Virus record (IMG/VR): IMGVR_UViG_3300011646_000014
Span: 1 to 64,000 of that record
Direction: 5' to 3' (one strand)
DNA from: an uncultured virus (IMG/VR IMGVR_UViG_3300011646_000014)
Lineage: Duplodnaviria; Heunggongvirae; Uroviricota; Caudoviricetes
Length of the DNA: 64,000 bases
Position 1 is the stretch's first letter; each line of letters opens with the position of its first letter. Below are positions 10,601 through 17,917 of this stretch, in pieces. The position numbers and the translations under genes are program-made. The notes below the pieces were generated by a model. That model made no database searches, was not told the DNA's origin, and was given only the letters and a program-made list of their open reading frames with translations.

Positions 10601-13600
10601 ATTTTCAATGGTGTGTGCCACTGCTTTATTAATCTTGGAATCTTTAAAATCGGGTGCAGTCGGGTCAATTAAACGATAATCTAATCCTGCTTTATTTGCT
10701 AATCCAGTAAGGGAAAGTGCATTAACTTTACCTTTAGTTTCTTGGGTCAGTTTTTTAAGGTTATTGAACTGCCCTAAAATTGATTTCTCATCAACAAAAA
10801 TCTTAGGTGTTAAAGCATATTCAACCAGTGCAAGACGTGCATCTTGTTCCGTTGCAAAAAGTCCTGAAACCTTAACTAAACCACTCTCATCAAGTATGCC
10901 AAGTGACACACTTCCATTATCCTGTGGTGCAAATGCAAAGGTATCCCCTTGTCGTGGGTCAAACTGGAATACTGGCTGACCATTTACGATTTCCAATTCA
11001 GGTGTACCCATAAACTCGGCAACCTGTTCAGAACGCTTGGCAACAATATTTTGTGGTCGTCCACCTGCAATTCTTGGTACAGGGAAAGTTTTACCCCGTG
11101 CAATTTCCTGTGCTTTCAGGTCATCCAATGTTACCGTATCGGCAAAACTGTTATATAAAGCCATCAATGCAGGCAAATTTTTAAACTTGCTGAAACGGTT
11201 AGATTGTCTAAAACCTGTACCAGATGGTGAAACCTCATATACAGATTCCACACTACCAAACTGTTTCGCCCACGCATCAAATACATGCAAATCATTGGCT
11301 TTTAATGTTGGGTACTGCAACAGACGTTGCATATTAAACATTTCAACCAGTGAATTAGAAACTGGTGTACCTGTTGCCCCAATCGCTGCGGCATTATCAT
11401 CACCAAAAGTATTAAACATCCATTGCAATTTAACAAACAGGTCAAATGCCTTGTCTGAACCTTTTGGATTCCCCATACCAGGAACACGTTGCATCGTTGT
11501 GTTGTAGAACAGGTTTTTAAACTCATGCAACTCATCTACGGCAAAGGCATCTGCACCAAGCTCGTCAAATGTGACGACCTTATCACGTTCCCCAAGATTC
11601 TGAATACGTTGCTTCATACGATTTTCTAAACGAGCCTTGATGTTCTCCATGTCTCTAACAATATGTCGATCACCACGTTCACGTTTAATTTCTTCAATCG
11701 CTGTTGCGATTTCATTGATCTGTTCTTCCAAAACCGCCCGTTCTGTTTCAGGTGGCAAAGCAATCTTTTTCAGCGAAGAATGACCAACAATCACAGCGTC
11801 CCAATCACCCGTGATGATTTTTGAGAAAAACTTTTCCCGATTGCCTTTGGAAAAGTCATCAGGGGTCGCTGCGAGGATATTTGAACCTGGATAAAGGCGG
11901 TTAAATTCACTACGCCATTGCAGTGTTAAGTGATTCGGCACGGCAATAAATGGTTTACGAGCAATGCCTAAACGACGCATTTCCATAAATGCTGTGACAA
12001 TTTCAAAAGTTTTGCCAGCACCGACAACGTGATCAAGTAATACTTGTCTATCCTGAAGAATACGCCATACCGCATTTTTCTGGTGTGGCAATAACGCCAT
12101 GACAGGATTCATACCAGGAAAGGTAAGGTGTGAACCATCAAATTTACGGTTCACAATCCTGTTCATCTTATCGTTATAAATAGCAGCAATATTTTCAGCT
12201 CGGTCTGGGTCAGCCCATAACCAGCGTTGCCACTCCACTTTTAATGCTGCCTGTTTTTCCCGTGCTGCTTCGGTTTCTTTCTCCATCACCTCTGTACGTG
12301 TACTACCATCTGCCATTTTTACAGTACGGGTTACAACTACACCTTGACCAGCCATTGTTCTGGTGAGGATTTCTGTTGCTGGCATCTTTTCAATACCCCA
12401 TTTCCCCACATTTAATGCAGGGTCGGGGGTACCATCAACCATAGCAATCCATTGACCAGTTGCTTTTAGATAGCGAAAAGTAAATTTAACACCCGTAATT
12501 TCTTTGGCAAACTGGTCATAAATTGTAGATGGAATAAAGTTTGCTCCCAAAGTTGCATGGATTTCGCTTGGCAATTTGTCCTTAGGAATAACTTTTTTCA
12601 GTGCATCAACATTACGCTTAAATTCAGGATTATTTTTGGCAATCGCTTGGGCTTCTTCCAGTTTGGTTTTAACATCACCAGACAGGTATTCATCAGCCAT
12701 GACTACACCACGAATCGGGTCGCTATAAACGGCATCTCCCAATTCACTTAAAATTTCATCAACTGGCTTATCATATAGATCAGCCATGTAATCCAGATCA
12801 ACCTTACCCTTGTAGTTTAATGACGCAAGTAACGCATCATTGGCATTATGGACTTTGATATTATTGGCAGGTGGAAAAAGCACACGTCTTGCAAAAATAT
12901 CTGCTTTTGTTGCTGACTCTGGACGCTGCTCAATGCCCTCACGTTCGGCAACTAATTTGCTAACACCACGGTCATAGTCAAATTCTAATGCCTGCACCAG
13001 TGCAGATTCCGTATCATCAAGGAAAATACGTCTATTCGTCTGATTGTTCAAATAGCCATATTCTTTTTGGAACTGATCATAAAGTTGGTTCAATTTCTTA
13101 CGGTTGGCTTCAATCTGCTTTGTATCTGCATCAAGTGATTTTTCCAAACGCATCTGGTCACGCAAAGTATCACGTAAGGCAATCATGCCTTTCATACGTT
13201 CCATTGCCTTATTGTTTGGAGAAATCCAAGATTGAGCCGTTTTCTCCCCCAACTCATCATCACCACGCTGTAACACATCACCTTTATCATTCACAAAGAA
13301 TGAGCCGACTTTGACACCATCGGGTACAGAATAATTGGCACTGGACATTACATCAGTGCGTGAAATTGGCTGATAGATATTTTCAGGAATATTGGTGCCA
13401 ACCCAATTCCGTAACAAGGCATCCAAAGGATAATTGATAGATTCAACGGTGTACTCATTGGCACGGTACATAGAACCGTTGGCAGTAGGTTCACCCAAAA
13501 TATGCTGTGGATTGTCAATAAAATATTGATTGACATTAATACTGGCAGTTTCACCAGTCTTATTGTTGGTTAAATCCTGCAAACCAGTTTCAACCCATTG

Positions 13601-16600
13601 TGTATTATTTGCAGCTTCATCCTTGCTACGTTTACGCAATACGATAATGTCGGTAACAACCTCGGTACCAGCATTTTCTTTAAATGCTGTATTTGGCAAA
13701 CGTACTGCGGCTACAAGGTCAGCACGTTCAGCAATCCATTTACGGGTATTGTTGGTTCTAGCATCCATAAAATTACGGGATACCACCATTGCCAAAATGC
13801 CACCAGGACGAAGTTTATCTACTGACTTGGCAAAGAAATAATTATGAATAGATGAACCTGAATATGGACTACGATCATTATCAACAATCGGCTCGTTACC
13901 AAAAGGTGGATTACCAATAACCAAATCAAAGTATTCAGCAGGAACTTGAAAATCCTGAAAACCTGTTGCCTTGGCAATTTTGGCACTTGGGTATAATGCT
14001 GCCACAATCTGGCTGGTAATTGGGTCAAGCTCAACCCCATGCAATTCGGATTTCTTGCGTAAACTGGCAGGCATCAACCCGAAGAAGTTACCTGTACCAA
14101 CTGATGGTTCGAGTACACGTCCACTTTTAAAGCCAAGACGATCTATAATAGATACAATGCCATTAACTACATCTTTTGATGTAAAGTGAGCATTTAAGAC
14201 TGATGCACGAGCAGCTTTATATTCTGTATCGGTAAGTAATGATTTGAGCTCAGTATATTCTTTAGACCATTGCTTGTTATCTTTATCGAATACGCCTTTT
14301 AATGCCCCCCATCCAACATATTGCGCAATCTGCTTACGTTCTTCAGGTGTTGCAACACGGTTTTCTGATTCCAATGTTTTTAGAATTTTAATCGTAGCAA
14401 TATTATCGTTATATTTCTGACGTAAACCTCCCTTGCCAATTTCCTCATTCTGTAAATCAAAATCTAATACTGGTTTATCAGATGTTTCGGATGTGGCAGG
14501 GTCTAACTCTCGCTCGGATACGGTGGTTCTGCGTCCAGTCCGTACAGTTCCGCTATCTCGTGCCGTGCCAGATGACGATTCTGCTCGTTGCTGTACACTG
14601 TCCGTTCCTGTTCTTCCTGATTTTTCAGGGCTTCCAGATACTCGCCCATTTTGATCAAGGCTTCCACTCGTGGTTGCCAACCCATCATCCAACGATTGGC
14701 TATCTCGATTGCTAAAGGTGGCATCTGTTGAAGTTGGTTGCGTATCGTTACTGGATACGTCCTTGGCTTGTATAGAGTTTGCATTATTTTCTGTTTCCAG
14801 ATTCTCAATATGATTATCATGCGCTAACTGAGGATTTGAACGCAATATTTGATTTCCATTCTTATCTAAAGCAGTTGCAGGTTTGGATGTATCCTCATTT
14901 TTAAGCCAGTCTTTGAACTGTTCCATATCCATATTACGGATAGGACCTACTTTCCAGCCTTTATCAAAGTTGGATTTATATGCGGTGGTAGCTTCTTCCT
15001 GATTGTTAAACCCAAGCATAACCTTGTGTTCATCAAAGTTACCTGATGCTTGGTCAATCTGATCCACTATAAATACCTGATTGGAATCTGGGTTACTCCC
15101 TATATAAGTATCAATGTGCTCATTATCGGCACCAGTAGTCCGTTTGATGTATCCATAGTGGTCACTCATTTCATGCGACCATTCTGTTCCATCAGGTCGC
15201 TTACCTGAACGAGTAGAACCCCGAGGATTTTCAACTGCAATATCTAGACCCTGAACTTTGATGTGTCCCTTTTTATAATTTCCAGCTTCAATCTGCGCCT
15301 GAGTTGGTTCTGGTAAATCATTCTGTGGACTCGTTGCAGCTTCATGTGCATTCGTATCAATTGGAGATGACTTCGGGTCCGAAATTGACTTTAAAGCCTC
15401 AAAAACCTTAATTGCTTTTTGGGGTTGCCAATAAGCCATGCTTTTTAATTCTGATTTAGCATTTGCAGCATTGATTCCAGCCTTATTTGCATAAGTATTA
15501 ATATGTTCTGCTGTTAATGCTTCAAATAAAGGCTTTGCTTGATTTTGAGCTGCCTTATGTTCATTTTTTCTGATTTCACTTTGATCTTTTAATAATTTAC
15601 TTTGCTCTGCCTTGTATTGATCAATTTGTGAATCAATATTGCCGCGTTTAGCTAAAGGCACATTTAAAACACCATGATCTAATACTTCAGAATTGAATGT
15701 ATTATTTCCCTGCTTCAAAGTTTCGATCTGTTTACGCAATTTGGCTTTCTGTGGAACAGATTTAGCTACTGAGAACTGTTGTTCAAGCTGAGAAAGCTGC
15801 TCACTTGGTGGTGCGATCCTTGAAACTTGTTTTGTTTCTGATGGTACTCCTAATCGTTCTGCACCTTGATTTACCGTACCCTCCAAGAAATGATTGAAAC
15901 GTGTTAATTCTTGAGGATATTCACGCTCAACTACCTGACCTGTCTTAGCATTGGTCAACTTAACAATCGATTTATCACCTGCATCAACAACTTCAACATT
16001 GCTAAATGATGGTGAGTTTTTATAGTAAATAAGATCAGTCGCGGCACCATTACCCGTTAAAGATTGATTTTTCTGTGCTAACGAATTGGTATCACCTTGG
16101 TACTGTTGTAAAGCCTGACTAGCAATATCCTTTGACCAAGGAAGTGATCCAACAGAAAGATTAGCATCAGCATTGAATGCGGGCTTTGACTGATTTTCAG
16201 CAACGGAGCTATTAGTTTTGAGTTCATCAATTTGTTTACGAATCTCTGCCTTTTTAGGCACACTTTTAGCATCTGCAAACTGTTGTTCAAGATAATCAAT
16301 TTGTGATTGGTTTGTTTTGCTATCAAGCAATGATTGATAACTAGATGGTACGACATCACTTAATGGCGTATTACCTTCCTGTTGTTCCGATGAAAAAGTT
16401 AACTGTGCAACTGGCGAAGCGCCACTATCCACGGCCAAAGCTGCTGCTGATGACATTGGCCCATCATTTGGATTAATACCTAAGCGTTCTGACGGTAACT
16501 GTGGCTGTGTTGGAGTATCATCAAAATAGTTTCCACCACCTGGAGATAGTGGACTATCTGGGTTATTTGATGGGCCAAAATTACCAGATGTATTAAAATC

Positions 16601-17770
16601 AGTATCACCACTGTAATTGTTGCCCAATAAATTATCAGCTTCCATTGACGGCTGATCGTATACAAATGCAGTTCGGCTTTGATTTGTACTGCCTTGTGAT
16701 GGATCTACACGAGGAATATATTCGCCAGCGAGTGAACCATCTTGGCTTGTATTTAATTGTGGTACTGAAGGCAAATTAGTTGTAGCGAGTTCAGACTGAT
16801 TGACCTGAGGCTCATTTTCAGCATTATGGCCAGACAAGATATTGGCACCACCACCCATTGCCATACCAGCCAAAGTACCCATGACAGCGGCATCTTCAAT
16901 ACCATCGTGCCAAGGCTTATCTAATGCTAAGTTCTGTAAAATTTGTTCAGAAACGGATTGAGGTAACTCTTCTAAAAACCCTTCTGAAATAGCACCTTCT
17001 ACCACGCGACGAGGTAAAGACTTCGCAGGCATTGAAGCAATCTCACCTGCGATTTCTGCTGGACCTGCTCGCCCTGTTACAAGCATTGTATCTACATCAC
17101 CAATACCCATTTTCTGGGCAAGACGACCACCAGCAAAACCAAGCAAACCACCAAGTACACCAGTTGTTGCACCAGCCAATGACTGATCTGCTGTTAAGCG
17201 TCCATCTACAGTTTCTTGGCGAATCTGTTCAGCTTGGCTACCTGCCATAACTGTACCCTCACCAACAGCACCAGCCACAACAGGATTAGCTATACCTGAA
17301 GCACGACCTAATAGGCCACCAGCTAACATTGAAGGTACAGATTCAACGACAGTATTAGTAATTAATGAGGGATTTGTTAAAGCAACTTTTGTTTTATCAA
17401 CAACTTTATCTACCCAATTTCCATCTTTACCAGCATCAGCAAATTCTTGTTGTTGGGCTTTATATTGGTCTGTATGTAAATCACCTAGAGCTTGTTTAGC
17501 TTCTTTAGGTCGAAAGCCAATAGCACCATCTTTATTTTCAAGTGTTTTACCGGTAGCACCATCAGACATGACATCCATGATACCAACAGCCAATTCAGGC
17601 ACAGCAACCGCACCTTTTAAAGCAGATAAGCCAGTATCTTTTAAGTGTCCCATTACACCTTTTTTTTCACCATCAAGTGCACCAGTAAATGGTTTTAATG
17701 CTGGCTGTTGATTTGTATCAATATTTTCGTCAAGTTTACCTGTAAATGGTTTTAGGGTAGATTCTGACAT
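4673..17770 (-). CDS. 4365-aa polyvalent virion protein: InPase, DarB-like N6-adenine MTase, SNF2 helicase, 2x metallopeptidase, PLxRFG
   Basis: GNYKKGH...HYGYI...FDEHKVMLGF (InPase); VLEPSVGTG and NPPF (MTase); HVVGAGKT, DELH, TGTP, MGAGTNVQ, QREGR (SF2 helicase); HEIIGH and HELGGH; YFPLARFG. AGGAG RBS. Confidence 0.92.
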   Translation of the reverse strand: MSESTLKPFTGKLDENIDTNQQPALKPFTGALDGEKKGVMGHLKDTGLSALKGAVAVPELAVGIMDVMSDGATGKTLENKDGAIGFRPKEAKQALGDLHTDQYKAQQQEFADAGKDGNWVDKVVDKTKVALTNPSLITNTVVESVPSMLAGGLLGRASGIANPVVAGAVGEGTVMAGSQAEQIRQETVDGRLTADQSLAGATTGVLGGLLGFAGGRLAQKMGIGDVDTMLVTGRAGPAEIAGEIASMPAKSLPRRVVEGAISEGFLEELPQSVSEQILQNLALDKPWHDGIEDAAVMGTLAGMAMGGGANILSGHNAENEPQVNQSELATTNLPSVPQLNTSQDGSLAGEYIPRVDPSQGSTNQSRTAFVYDQPSMEADNLLGNNYSGDTDFNTSGNFGPSNNPDSPLSPGGGNYFDDTPTQPQLPSERLGINPNDGPMSSAAALAVDSGASPVAQLTFSSEQQEGNTPLSDVVPSSYQSLLDSKTNQSQIDYLEQQFADAKSVPKKAEIRKQIDELKTNSSVAENQSKPAFNADANLSVGSLPWSKDIASQALQQYQGDTNSLAQKNQSLTGNGAATDLIYYKNSPSFSNVEVVDAGDKSIVKLTNAKTGQVVEREYPQELTRFNHFLEGTVNQGAERLGVPSETKQVSRIAPPSEQLSQLEQQFSVAKSVPQKAKLRKQIETLKQGNNTFNSEVLDHGVLNVPLAKRGNIDSQIDQYKAEQSKLLKDQSEIRKNEHKAAQNQAKPLFEALTAEHINTYANKAGINAANAKSELKSMAYWQPQKAIKVFEALKSISDPKSSPIDTNAHEAATSPQNDLPEPTQAQIEAGNYKKGHIKVQGLDIAVENPRGSTRSGKRPDGTEWSHEMSDHYGYIKRTTGADNEHIDTYIGSNPDSNQVFIVDQIDQASGNFDEHKVMLGFNNQEEATTAYKSNFDKGWKVGPIRNMDMEQFKDWLKNEDTSKPATALDKNGNQILRSNPQLAHDNHIENLETENNANSIQAKDVSSNDTQPTSTDATFSNRDSQSLDDGLATTSGSLDQNGRVSGSPEKSGRTGTDSVQQRAESSSGTARDSGTVRTGRRTTVSERELDPATSETSDKPVLDFDLQNEEIGKGGLRQKYNDNIATIKILKTLESENRVATPEERKQIAQYVGWGALKGVFDKDNKQWSKEYTELKSLLTDTEYKAARASVLNAHFTSKDVVNGIVSIIDRLGFKSGRVLEPSVGTGNFFGLMPASLRKKSELHGVELDPITSQIVAALYPSAKIAKATGFQDFQVPAEYFDLVIGNPPFGNEPIVDNDRSPYSGSSIHNYFFAKSVDKLRPGGILAMVVSRNFMDARTNNTRKWIAERADLVAAVRLPNTAFKENAGTEVVTDIIVLRKRSKDEAANNTQWVETGLQDLTNNKTGETASINVNQYFIDNPQHILGEPTANGSMYRANEYTVESINYPLDALLRNWVGTNIPENIYQPISRTDVMSSANYSVPDGVKVGSFFVNDKGDVLQRGDDELGEKTAQSWISPNNKAMERMKGMIALRDTLRDQMRLEKSLDADTKQIEANRKKLNQLYDQFQKEYGYLNNQTNRRIFLDDTESALVQALEFDYDRGVSKLVAEREGIEQRPESATKADIFARRVLFPPANNIKVHNANDALLASLNYKGKVDLDYMADLYDKPVDEILSELGDAVYSDPIRGVVMADEYLSGDVKTKLEEAQAIAKNNPEFKRNVDALKKVIPKDKLPSEIHATLGANFIPSTIYDQFAKEITGVKFTFRYLKATGQWIAMVDGTPDPALNVGKWGIEKMPATEILTRTMAGQGVVVTRTVKMADGSTRTEVMEKETEAAREKQAALKVEWQRWLWADPDRAENIAAIYNDKMNRIVNRKFDGSHLTFPGMNPVMALLPHQKNAVWRILQDRQVLLDHVVGAGKTFEIVTAFMEMRRLGIARKPFIAVPNHLTLQWRSEFNRLYPGSNILAATPDDFSKGNREKFFSKIITGDWDAVIVGHSSLKKIALPPETERAVLEEQINEIATAIEEIKRERGDRHIVRDMENIKARLENRMKQRIQNLGERDKVVTFDELGADAFAVDELHEFKNLFYNTTMQRVPGMGNPKGSDKAFDLFVKLQWMFNTFGDDNAAAIGATGTPVSNSLVEMFNMQRLLQYPTLKANDLHVFDAWAKQFGSVESVYEVSPSGTGFRQSNRFSKFKNLPALMALYNSFADTVTLDDLKAQEIARGKTFPVPRIAGGRPQNIVAKRSEQVAEFMGTPELEIVNGQPVFQFDPRQGDTFAFAPQDNGSVSLGILDESGLVKVSGLFATEQDARLALVEYALTPKIFVDEKSILGQFNNLKKLTQETKGKVNALSLTGLANKAGLDYRLIDPTAPDFKDSKINKAVAHTIENYQKWNKDKGTQLIFCDMSIPLSARSGFANKERRVYVRNDGNLVHKKGTMHTVEGHEDIPFFVIKEGSGKDKTSFAVYDALSGQRIKSGMPSKTMALEQATTLINNDNSRQSWVEAIERVGEIEQEAIDEYNNEHEIDTEATESITRDDIAGSSGATQFSVYDDIKSKLIEQGIPEREIAFIHDYNTPSAKEKLFKAVNKGTVRVLLGSTQKMGAGTNVQERLVALHHIDAPWKPSDLEQREGRIVRRGNKLYERDPDNFEVAIYRYATEQTYDTRRWQILEHKARGIEQLRNYDGTLNEIDDIEGEAANAADMKAAASGDPLILEETQLRNEVRRLETLQSANVDEKQMLRGRIRQNQRYINETAPNLLDEYQSLIDTANKHPVPANKDDFVGLKVGGKTYTNRDDAVGAIKSQLRNAFAGQREVVFNYRGIPFSLENIAGYVYLNSPTEQMATFDTTRDKMPSESGMLTRFANYIGRLSDYINDVKHKVEDAKKQIESMLQQLEQPFAQAHDLINAREAHKRVQRRLIAKGPDIPTHQKPILEKAIDSQRIELEKQGLGDALKEFEGINGKLNDFSRDKLKPDNERRDTSPLDTTFNALSVVSATRRVLSVLQQLKLSTTQNSSINGRITVGSAGIKGGFDVQVISSFDGLPAEIQKDATYQDDKGNTQNYDVSAVWHKGTLYVVADQVYGDNEKQLTTFDAYEEMLAHEIIGHFGVQQIFGQEYKTKLQQLYNALGELEGIRKIASKNGVDMAQFESAYIEPYTQGAEKGLYDPLNVQQALVGELFAFVAQNQEKKPFISQKIKEVIGYIRQWFRDRGFDKFLSRYNDADLMMFLSEARKAVVDRSYFGKYKNQEFSPKNDSDTPLYSRSTKSSSGSTTQQVREVLIDRFGKETIDELERQGKLEIIQDYSIEGVEGFYHNGKAVLVASNLTNQSVIPTFLHELGGHAGFQNMMNQKQYNELMNQFNKLVEQGNPVAMAAKLLAEREQGSERQQLEYLPYLLTLSSTMEQRNVIQRNALQKLINNIVTYVKATLFDNFGINLNLNPNDMVALAERMIEKSSYNAENVSPLYSRQFFDNTINNLSESIKQLSTKSIKDKTGYKFTDWLGIGLSALGRRQLTEIYSKILPQLNKYNELAAQMDADKNDAGAEADSIVREWGNLNDEEALANVMHDSTLAKIDPTKPYVSGDSISKYKQLRDAYNSLSPEAQAMYLKARDAYKKHYAEVHQAIKERILRSELSNQKKADLLKQMDDNFFGSIKGVYFPLARFGKYVVVMRNQNGEVESVSRAETMGEAQALRSELIQKFPHYKVNKVKLDKEYNKSRDAVGRGFMTSLFAEVDNLGLSTAERTEFEDTLSQLYLSSMPDLSWAKHGIHRKGTAGFSQDARRAFAQNMFSGANYLAKLRYGDQLAQQLDEMQKYADEQFEVDEDYDQRSAQSVITEMNKRHDNLMNPKGHPLSSALTSLGFIYYLGLSPAAAMVNLSQTALVAYPLMGAKWGFDKAADELLKASNDFRKGVEFHKVKWEGSKTDLYKTISSDISKFLNKDEKQAYEDAVARGVIDVTQAHDLAGIAQGEDSGVMWKTRPIMRAASIMFHSAERFNREVTFIAAYRLARQSGEKHDSAFDQAVDATYRGHFDYSSGNRPRIMQGNVAKVLLLFKQFGQNMLYTLARQTYQSIKGETEAERKEARKSLGAILAMHATFAGVLGLPMVGMLLSVASWMGGDDDEPWDAEVALRNYLAEAFNPTISNMLMKGAPRGIGVDISSRVGINNLLLPDVQEGLEGKKWWDSAASAALGPIGGIGANIAKGAQEISEGHNLRGVESMLPVFLKNFAKTYRYNDEGVQDKTGVSIIDEVDSMDMLIQGMGFSPSDIRTAYEGKSAVYQLNRKLNERRSRLMALWSRAKMMDDQQEMDEIWEEIQGFNDKNPSRRITRMNLNQSYRNRQRRIDRAEDGIYLSRNRQDAREAGYFAFGE
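14503..14784 (-). CDS. Probable 93-aa gene overprinted (same strand, different frame) inside the giant gene
   Basis: Globular-looking sequence (IEIANRWMMGWQPRVEALI...HLARHEIAELYGL) coincides with a low-complexity S/T/G/R linker in the main frame. Confidence 0.65.
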   Translation of the reverse strand: MQTLYKPRTYPVTIRNQLQQMPPLAIEIANRWMMGWQPRVEALIKMGEYLEALKNQEEQERTVYSNEQNRHLARHEIAELYGLDAEPPYPSES

Positions 17771-17821
17771 GATGCACTCCTATTGGTATGTGCATAGCAT
17801 GTATAAAGGGTTAAAAAAGGT

Positions 17822-17837
17822 CTAACCTTAGAGGGGG
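17822..17837 (-). promoter_or_regulatory. CCCTCTAAGG box upstream of the giant gene
   Basis: CCCCCTCTAAGGTTAG, with CATGCT 24 nt downstream. Confidence 0.6.
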
Positions 17838-17886
17838 ATGGACTTTTCACCAAAGAATATCTTGCATCGGTAATATGCGTCGGCAT

Positions 17887-17910
17887 AAAAATAGCCACCC
17901 TAAAGTGGCC
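17887..17910 (-). terminator. Intrinsic terminator after the 648-aa gene
   Basis: GCCAC stem followed by TATTTTT on the minus strand. Confidence 0.6.
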
Positions 17911-17917
17911 ATCCCAA

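Noticed and set aside
11037..14189. Several 70-156-aa plus-strand ORFs within the helicase/MTase region
   Set aside because: Antisense in-register shadows of a strongly conserved coding frame.
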